Shown in pieces: positions 52,357 to 64,000 of a DNA stretch of 64,000 nt. Source of the DNA: the human T2T-CHM13v2.0 reference genome, Homo sapiens. How positions within the stretch are numbered: position 1 is the first letter of the stretch; every line of letters begins with the position of its first letter. The stretch lies in the NCBI RefSeq assembly GCF_009914755.1, contig NC_060939.1; one strand, 5' to 3'. A model generated the notes under the pieces. That model did no database searches, had not been told where the DNA came from, and saw only the letters and a program-made list of their open reading frames with translations. A program made the translations under genes and the position numbers.

Positions 52357-53673
52357 GATGCATTGAGCTGAAATCTGTGGGGGTAGAGGGAAAAGGAGAA
52401 AGGGAAAAGCAAGATGGGTTTGGTACAAAGTCCGCCTTGTCTATTTAGCTGATTAGTTTTTGTCATATTAAGTAAAGTTAAAATGCTGAAAAAGATCATC
52501 AAATTTCCAACATGAATTGTTCTGTAAAGCAAAATAGAAGATAATTAAAAATTGGCAGGGTGTCACCATTTAATTTCATCCACTGAATTTAAATAACCAG
52601 TATTTTGGCCAGGTGTGGTGGCTCCACCTGTAATCCTAACACTGGGAGGCTGAGGCAGGAGGATCACTCAGGCTCAGGAGTTCAAGGCAAGCCTGGGCAA
52701 ATAGTGAGACCTTGTTTTTATTTTAAATAATAATAAAAAATAACCAGTATTTTCAAATTCATGTAATATGGTTAATACTGTGCTAAGACATAAAGAGGTA
52801 CAGGCAACCCATAGGACATGGCTTCATTCTAAATGGCTTTACTATCTAGTTAGGAGATAATGCTAACAACCAACTAAGGTTGCCAGGCAGTTTATCAAAT
52901 GTCATATTGTGTGACGCAGACTTTACAGATTATAGATATCTGGAAATGGGGCTAGAGAATCAATACTTACTTCATTCATTGAATATTGGTTGAGAACCTA
53001 TTATGATTCTCTGTGAATAAGAGCGTATGTTCGGAGTTTGCAATCTAATAGAGGGAGACAAGGGAAATAACTAATACAGAATAATTTAAGTGGACAGGCA
53101 TGGTGGCTCATGCCAGTAATCCCAGCACTTTGGGAGGTTGAGGCTGGCAGATCGCTTGAGTTCAGGAGTTTGAGACCAGCCTGGGCAACACAGCAAAACC
53201 CGTTTCTACCAAGGGGGAAAAAAAAAGAACGGATTAAGTGCTAAAATAGCAGGATGCTTTGTAGTTGATAAAGGGTTATTACCGTAACTTCTGAATGAAA
53301 GGAGTAGTGGGATTGTGAATGATTTTAAAGTAAAGGCTTTAAGACTGAGCCTTGGAAGAGAAGTAGGATTTTTTTTTTTTTTTGAGACAGAGTCTTGCTC
53401 TGTCACCCAGGCTGGAGTGCAGTGGTGCTATCTCGGCTTACTGCAACCTCCACCTCCCGGGTTCAAGTGATTCTCTGCCTCAGCCTCCTGAATATCTAGG
53501 ATTACAGGCGTGTGCCACCACGCTCAGCTGTTTTGTGTTTTTGGTAGAGACAGGGTTTCACCATGTTGGCCAGGCTGGTCTTGAACTCCTGACCTCAGCT
53601 GATCTGCCTCCCAAAGTGCTAGGGATTACAGGTGTGAGCCACCGCACCCAGCTGAAAAGTAGGACTTTGAAAA

Positions 53674-55947
<2,274 letters not shown>

Positions 55948-57604
55948 AAAGGATAGAATATTTCAGGTTGAAGCATAGGCAAGAGCACTGCAGACATGAA
56001 AGGGCATAATTTTAGGAGAATGCTCACATGGAATAAAGAATGTCTTGAAGGGTATACCGTACATTATTATTGGTGTTATAACAAGTTATCACAAACTTAA
56101 GACACAGATTATTTCACAGTTCTGTTGGTCAGAAGTCCAACATTGATCACATGAGGATAAAATCAAGGTGTCATCAGAGCATTAGAGAGGCTTCAGGGGA
56201 ATGTTTCCTTACCAGTTCCAGCTTCTGGAGGTCACCCACAATGCTGGAGGCTCCCTTCCTCTATATTCAAAGCCAACAATGTTGTATCTCTCTAATCATT
56301 CTTCATAGTTACTTGTCACTCTTGACTCTCTTTTGCAGTTTTGGAGGCCCTATGATTACAATCAGCCCACTGGAACAATCCAGGATAATGTTTTTTTTTT
56401 AAGATGGAATCTCGCCCTGTCGCCCAGGCTGGAGTGCAGTGGAGCTGCTCAGCTCACTGCAACCTCTGCCTCCCTGGTTAAAGCGATTCCAGGATAATCT
56501 ATTTCAACACCAGGTAATTAACAACCTTAATTCCCATTTGCTATGCAAGCTAACATATTCACAGCTTCTGGTGTTCAGGCTGTGGACATCTTTGAGGGGC
56601 TAGTATTCTGCCTACCAGAGTTAATAAGAAGGAGCTAATACTAAGAGGAAAAGAGGCCCAAAGAGGAAAGTGTGTGAATGCACTGATAAAGGCAATGGGG
56701 AACCAGTGCAAGTTTCTGAGTCTTGCAAATTCTTATTTTTTTGAAATAAGCTTTGGTTGCAGCTGAGAAAACTGAACAGGCATAATTGGGGAGCAACATT
56801 AGGAGGCCACCATTACAGTTGAGATGAGAGGGTATAAGCTAGAGATGGCAGAGCTAAATCGTTTTCTTTGGTCCAAAGCTGCCTATGCCCTTTTCTAAGT
56901 GTTTTCCAACAGAATTCATGAGATCATTCCACAGGATCTCAGCAAGTGCAGTTTCTGATAACTTGGCCGAATTTGTTCAGTAGCTGCTGCAACGGAGGGC
57001 TTAAATCTTTCATCTACACTTAACAAGGGGAGCCCGGAAAAGTGGCAAAACCCTAGTTAGCAAGGCTGAGGCTCGCAGAGACCTAGGCATCGAATTTTTT
57101 AATGGTCCAAATCGCAGGGAAAGCGAGCACTCCCTGTTCTGAAGGTTTTCCCTAAACACGGAGACAACACTAAAAAGCTGTGCCGCGTGAGGGCTGAAAG
57201 TCCTGTTTTCTCCCTAGCTTCAGTGAAGAAAGCCTGACGGCTCCCCCGCGTCCAACAAAGACAACGCTCTTCCGGTCTTCGTGACCCACCCCGTGAGCAG
57301 CCCAAACCGACCACCGTCCTCCCCCAGCTCCCACCAATCGGATCGCAGGGACTCGAGCCCCACACTGCTGAGTCCGCTGACACTGCGTCCGGGGCCAGAC
57401 GACGATATCAGCGCGGGGTCCCCACAACGCCATGGGGCAGAGCCAACTCTCGAGCGCGTGATCGAAGCCCGCAGTTTTTTCGCCCCCGTCACTTCCGGGT
57501 GCGACAATCTCTTCTGTCCGGCCAGCCGCTGGAGTCGTTAGGTGCCGCCTTGCTTCTGACGAGCCACACGTTTGCTTCTTCCCTGTGTTCCCAGCTGGAG
57601 GGAC

Positions 57605-57686
57605 ATGAGTGTCCCTGGGCCGTCGTCTCCGGACGGGGCCCTGACACGGCCACCCTACTGCCTGGAGGCCGGGGAGCCGACGCCTG
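57605..57686 (+). CDS. BLOC1S6: BLOC1S6 (pallidin) coding exon 1, MSVPGPSSPDGALTRPPYCLEAGEPTP(G)
   Basis: ATG at 57605; translation matches the pallidin N-terminus as recalled; phase-1 donor G|GTACGT at 57686/57687; lies in a CpG island. Confidence 0.96.
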
Positions 57687-57860
57687 GTACGTACTATCGG
57701 GTGGGAAGCGCGGCCCGGGCTGGGTGTGAGGGGCGGGGACCTGAGTGAGTAGAACTCCGGAGAAACCCTGGGGGAGTAAGCGGTTTTTGGCGGCTGCGGC
57801 CCCCGGGCCCTGCCCCGAGTGCAGAAATGGGGAACCGCGCCGGCCCCTCTGCCCAGCGCA

Positions 57861-57957
57861 ATGGGCGGAACTGAAGTCCCGAGGGGAAGCTTTGTATTGG
57901 GGGTGCAATTGAAGGCGGTTGATGGTGAAGCCATTCTGAGTTTATGTGTTGACTCCG
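57861..57957 (+). CDS. BLOC1S6: Probable alternative first coding exon of BLOC1S6 (MGGTEVPRGSFVLGVQLKAVDGEAILSLCVDS(G))
   Basis: gcaATGG start, 32 open codons plus G, donor G|GTACGT (same as exon 1 donor); phase 1 is compatible with exon 2. Confidence 0.6.
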
Positions 57958-60509
57958 GTACGTCATTGGTTATTTGTCATACGGCAGTGGTGGGGGATGG
58001 ATTTACCAGAAAGATGATCAGCTTATAATTCAGAGAGGTGACGTATCCTATAATATTGACCACTCATGAAATGCTTGGTCAGCTCGGTGATATTACTTCA
58101 TCCCTATTCCTGCAGCAGTCTTCTCGACCGAGTTCCAGGAGGGATTTAAGCTCTAATGCCCTAAGGCATCCATTGAATGGAATGAATTAACTTGCTGTGC
58201 ACCCAAAATGGTACTATTTATGTACCATCCTTGGGAGAACTGAGAAAATGGTCACTCAGAGCATTTTCTGTGTTCTGTGGTTTAGATGAGGCCTTAGATG
58301 AGAAAGGCTGCAGGGCTCCTTGGATATGCTTTTTCTTTTACCTCCTGTTTCAGAAATATAGGGGTTACCCCCAAATAGTGCTCTCAGCACTTTCCTGTTC
58401 ATGCTTTTCCTCAAGGATCTCTTCACACTTTCATTAAGTCGCTTCTATAAATATGACTTCTTTGTATGTATTTGAAACTTGGGCCCCTCTCTTAACTCTT
58501 GTTTACTTCTCCATCTGCTAGCTGGATACTTTGACGTGGCTGTTTTGCACTAATCTCACGTAAGGCATGTACATAAATGAAAACATGTCTCATCCTGTTA
58601 ATGGTGGTAGGTCACTCTGACTTGAAACTTTGAAATTGCTCTGGACTTTTTCCTCTCTCTCTCCTTCCACCTCTAGGGGATTCTCCTATACAATTCCATC
58701 TCCTTGTAATTTCACCTTTAAAACAGCTGTTGAAAGGCTGGTTCACCTCCAGTCTTACTCTTTCAACGCATCTGTCCCGCTGCTGTCACATCACTGTCCC
58801 AAGATAAAGCTTCAGTCATGTCATTCCTGAACTCAGAAACCTTAAATAGCTCCTCACTACTTATTAACAAAGGTCCAAACCATTAACTTGGCATTTAGAG
58901 GCCCTTACTGGCCTTCCGGTCTTAAAGCTCACTATTGCTATGCTGCATATGCCCCATGCCTCTCCAGAAGTATCCTGTACTGTATTCCAGCCTTTCCTCA
59001 TGCTGCTTTCTTTACCCATATTGCATCCATTCCACTCCTGCCATAGATTTCTTCCCCATTTGGAAATAGTCCTCACAGATTGTTGGTGGGAGTGGAAATT
59101 GGTGCCAATTTCTTAGGAGGGCAGTTTGGCAATGTCTGTTTAAAAAATGCATAAACTCTTTGTCCCAACAGTCTACTTCTAAGAATTTATCCTACAGAAA
59201 GTGACACAAATATGCAGATAAGCAAGGAAGCTCACTGCAGCATTGTCTGAAATAGCAAAAAGTGAAAATAACCTAAATAATCCATCTATGGGGGACTGGT
59301 TAAACAAACTATGGTAGAATTCTATTCTGCTAAAAATAATGTAGTAGATCCCTATATGTTGGTATGGAAAGATACCTAAGATATATGTTTTAAAAGTTGC
59401 AGAATGGTATGAGTAATATTTCGTTTGTCATAAAAATAATATATGCATAGATACGCAAAGACAATTTCTGGAAGGCTCTGTGAGAAACTCCAGAGTAGCT
59501 CATGCTGGAGTTAGAGGGTAAGAAGAAGTATTTTTACTTTTCAGTTTGTGCCTCCCTCTGTAGTGTTTTAAGTTTTTACAGTGAGTAACACTCGAATAGA
59601 CAAAGAGAAATGAAAACTCCATCCATTCTTTGAGCCTTAGCTCAGTGTCCACACTTCCTTTAGGAATTTTTCTTAGACTTCCCTAATGAAAGTCGCTCTC
59701 CCCTGAATTTCCATAACATTTTCTGTTTCTCATTTTCTGTGATTCCTCACTTCTCATATTCTGTGATTGCTCGTATTGTGCCCTTCCAGGGAAGGAGACT
59801 TGCCTTATTTATTGTTGTAATCTCAGAACCTGGTACATAATATAGATGTTCAGCAAACCTTTCTCGTATGAATAGAATAAGGACCCTCCCTTTCTTCTTC
59901 TTTACTCTCGCACAATAAAGCACCTTGAACTTAGTAATTAAATATATATAAAAACTTGAGTGACTTCTTAACCATTGGAAGCAGAGGGTAAAAGAGAGAA
60001 AAACAAAACAAACAAACAAACAAAAAATGAGTAACTGAGACTCATCCAATAATTAACCAGAACATTGGGGTGGGAGGAGGGTTTGTGAGTTAAAATGTAT
60101 GTATATATTGTTAAGCGAAGTGAATTAGTTGTTATTCCTTAAAGTTGAAATGCCCTTTTTTGGGGTGTTCCTATCATAAAACATTAAGAAAATTGTTTTC
60201 TATATTTATTAATACTTAAAGTTGCTGATTGCATTGTTATTTTAATCAAGCCTTAAGCAACGGCATAATTGGTGGATATAATTTATTCACTTCCTATACA
60301 GTTGGTACATTAATATCCCTAAGTGCTTCACTTTTCTCTCTCTCTCTCTCTCTCTATATTTTTTCTTTTTTTGGTTTTTGTATTTTTATTTTATATGTGG
60401 AGTGCTTCAGTTTCTAGTTAGCTCTTACCTATTTGAATGTTGCCTTGCAACTTTGAGAAGTCCAAAGTTTGTTCATGTGTTTCGTAGGGTTAAAATAAAA
60501 ATTATATAA

Positions 60510-60893
<384 letters not shown>

Positions 60894-62144
60894 TAAATCT
60901 GTGGCACAAATTGTACTTAGAAATGTGTCACAAGCAATGTGTTGTGATAACTGTTCTATAGAGTGATGTAATTTGATGTTACTGATGGTTACCAGACTAT
61001 AATTGAAGAGAGATGTTTCAGAGTTTAATATTAATCATAATTTTAGTGTATAATTTTAGTAAAGTGACCATCTTACTTTTTTTTCTCTGATTATAAATCA
61101 GTGATTCCATCTTACAAACCATTAAACCCTATTTAGAAATTGTATTTTTCTTGGTAGGAATGGTGATTGATATTCATCTTAGATGTTTTTGAATACCTGG
61201 CACAATGCTTACACTTTTATTATTCAAAGGAAAGTGATGAGGCATTGATCTCAGCATCAGGTCTAGATTTATACACAAGACAATGATTATACACTATTTT
61301 CTATGGTAAATTAAGTTGCTGAATCTTAAGAGAGAAGAAATTCTTAGAAAATCCCTCTTCTCCTCCCTAACAAATAACACAACCCTCCTTTTACATGTAA
61401 ATAACATATCGAACTATATCAAAATCGATGTTGACCTACATTTTTGTTTCCATAGAATTGAAAACATACTTTATTTTAGGCATTGCATTTTTGTTTATAT
61501 AATTTCTTCATGCTTTTGAAAGCAAGAATGCTTTAGTTCAGTGACCGTTACCCACGTTTTGGCCTCAGGCTCCTTTATTTTATTTTTATTTTTATATCTA
61601 TTTATTTTTTTGAGACAGGGTCTCGCTCCGCTGCCCAGGCTGGAGTGCAGTGGTGCGATCATAGCTCGCTGCAGCCATGAACTTCTGGGCTCAAGTTATC
61701 CTCCCACCTCAGCCTCCTGAATAGCTGGGACCACAGGTGTGTGCCACCGTGCCCAGCCATTCTGGGCTTGAGCAATTCTCCCACCTTGGCTTCCCAAAGT
61801 GCTAGGATTACAGGTGTGAGCCACTGCCCCTGGCCCTCAGACTCCTTTGATAATCCAGTGAAAACTATAAGTCCTCTGCCCTGAAAAATATATAAAGATA
61901 CAGAATTTTGTGTATGTTAATGTTCATTTATCATAGACTTTACCTTATAGTAGTAACTTAAAAACATTTTTTGAACATTCATGACTCATTTTTTAGAGGA
62001 AGCTCAGAGGTAAAAGTTTAAAAAGAAAAGAAGGATACCTGTGGTTGGGAGACTGTGTGTGTGCCCTCAACCCCATTTGTGGGCTCCTTTCTACCTGCTA
62101 CTCCCCAACCTCCTTTTATTAGCTGTGTCAATTTGAAAGGTTCC

Positions 62145-62243
62145 GGCTGGTCAGAGTGCAGTGGTGTTTACAACTAATTGATCACAACCAGTTACAGATT
62201 TCTTTGTTCCTTCTCTAATCCCACTGCTTCAGTTGACCAGCCT
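62145..62243 (+). pseudogene. Y3 RNA (RNY3) retropseudogene
   Basis: GGCTGGTCAGAGTGCAGTGGTGTTTACAACTAATTGATCACAACCAGTTACAGATTTCTTTG.. matches hY3; A-rich tail; TSD AAAGGTTCC (62136-62144, 62262-62270). Confidence 0.92.
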
Positions 62244-62295
62244 AAAAAAATAAAATAAATAAAAGGTTCCTAAATTTGATTTTTGCTGGGGACAG

Positions 62296-62437
62296 GTTTA
62301 AGTGACACTTCTCCAGATGAAGGGTTAATAGAGGACTTGACTATAGAAGACAAAGCAGTGGAGCAACTGGCAGAAGGATTGCTTTCTCATTATTTGCCAG
62401 ATCTGCAGAGATCAAAACAAGCCCTCCAGGAACTCAC
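62296..62437 (+). CDS. BLOC1S6: BLOC1S6 coding exon 2, (G)LSDTSPDEGLIEDLTIEDKAVEQLAEGLLSHYLPDLQRSKQALQEL(T)
   Basis: Acceptor gacag|GT at 62295/62296, donor AC|gtaagc at 62437/62438; 142 nt; phase-1 start joins exon 1; continues the pallidin sequence. Confidence 0.96.
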
Positions 62438-64000
62438 GTAAGCTAATAAAAAACCAGATATACACTCATTTCCTCTGTGGCATAGTCACAATTTGTATAA
62501 TTGTATACTGTGTTAAGACATAATATTTTTTAACATGCAATTATAATTGAGTATGTCTATATCTTTATTGATAGCAGATGGGAATAGAGGAGTACATAGT
62601 ATTCTAAATGTAAAAAGTGAAATGAATACTCCTAGGGTGTTCGATCTCTTCTAAGAAGTACTCCTAAATCTTACCTAGAATCTGTGATTAGGTTTGGCAT
62701 TTATCATTATTTTATGAAAGTATTGCCTATTGGGGATTGTTCAGGTGGAGATACACCTGTTTCTGAGTAGAGTTGAAAAATTGCCTCCATAAAAGTCACG
62801 CTTGTTTTCAGTTGCTGGTTCAAATAAGTTGCCAGAGATCTGTAAGTATCTTTTCTGAGATGATCTGTTTCATTCCCAGTAGATAACTTTACTAGTAAGT
62901 AAAGATTAGAGGATATGTTAAGAAAACAGTTTAAGATAGAACAGAACCCATAGAGTGGGATCAGTATACAAAAACATATACTCTGGCTTTATCAGCTCCC
63001 ATCCACAGACAACACACTCAGCTTCTGCCTCCTCCTGGGTCGGGACCTCTCTGGATAGCCCAGGCTGGCCTGTCTGTCATTTCTTTCTGTGGTGGTCAGC
63101 TTTACACTGGCTATAAACTGCTGCTGCTCTGAGACCTACCCTTTGAAAACTTACTTAAGAGGCCTTTATTAGGGCAAAAGGAGAGGAATAATAACTGTGC
63201 TTATTTTATAATTATAAGTAATGTTATAATCCTTAGTGTTAAGGTGCTAAATGCATATAAAAGTGGTACTGAGGCCAAGTGTGGTGGCTTACACCTGTAA
63301 TCCCAGCACTTTGGGAGGCTGAGGCGGGCGGATCACTTGAGGTCGGGAGTTTTAGACCACCCTGGCGAAACCCTGTCTCTACTAAAAACACAAAAAATTA
63401 GCTGGGCGTGGTGGTGTGCACCTGTAGCCCCAGCTACTTGGGAGGCTGAGGCAGGAGAATCGCTCGAACTCAGGGGGCTGTTTGTGGTGAGCTGAGATCT
63501 GCACCACTGCACTCCAGCCCAGGTGACAGAGTGAGACTCTGTCTCCGAAAAAAAAAAAAAAAAAAAAAAAGTGGTACTGGGTTATTCTAAGACTACATGT
63601 GTACTACTATAGTTAGGGAGTTGGCAACCTTCTCAGTTTTGTGCTAATCCCAAACAAGATTTTTTTTATCCCTAGCGCGCGATATACCTTATATTTTGAT
63701 GCCAATCAATCTTTGTTGTTGTATGAGGTGTGATAGATGGAAGGTAAGAAACTGCAAGCGAACATATCTGAAAAATACTTTACTTGCAGGAAGCTGGGAA
63801 TCAAGTTTTAATTGCAGAGTTTAATTGATGATGATATTGTCTAAAATTTAGTGTTTCGAATAGCCCCTACTTATCTTCTTAGGCACCCAGACAACAATGA
63901 TTATTTTGACGATGATAGTAAAATTAGCTACTGTTTGTTATTATATGTACTATATGCCCAGCACTTTAACATATCTCAGTTACTCCTGACACCAACTTTA

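Larger units (their letters stand above)
57050..57960. promoter_or_regulatory. CpG island / BLOC1S6 promoter
   Basis: Sharp rise in CpG and GC content; CCAAT at 57334-57338; CGTCACTTCCGG (ETS plus half-CRE) at 57487-57498; GGGGCGGGG GC box near 57730. Confidence 0.9.

Noticed and set aside
57170-57934. 254-aa minus-strand ORF and overlapping ORFs over the BLOC1S6 promoter
   Set aside because: Long ORFs are expected in GC-rich CpG islands (few stops); Pro/Arg/Gly-rich with no recognisable domain

Overview
Human-type (primate) genomic DNA, very rich in Alu, LTR and L1 repeats; most ORFs in the supplied track are repeat-derived. The right end holds the CpG-island promoter and first two coding exons of BLOC1S6 (pallidin, + strand; exon 1 CDS 57605-57686, exon 2 62296-62437), plus an in-phase alternative first exon (57861-57957). 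That places the window at 15q21.1, between SLC30A4 and BLOC1S6 (recalled, not visible here). The middle holds a full-length HMGN2 processed pseudogene (HMGN2P46/C15orf21/D-PCa-2) with a 14-bp TSD. Main observations: (1) a 172-codon chimeric ORF assembled from an antisense HERV-W LTR17 exon, an older genomic exon and the HMGN2 retrocopy read in its +1 frame; (2) the retrocopy appears to have landed inside a pre-existing exon, and further + strand AG..GT-bounded, protein-like segments with few lesions run from 2.2 to 49.7 kb, suggesting a lost multi-exon gene (inference, needs cross-species alignment); (3) two MER41B LTRs with intact tandem GAS motifs 3-6 kb upstream of the BLOC1S6 promoter; (4) a Y3 RNA retrocopy abutting the BLOC1S6 exon 2 branch-point region; (5) local repair/retrotransposition oddities. 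Repeat subfamily names come from recalled consensus sequences; repeat boundaries without a stated TSD are approximate.
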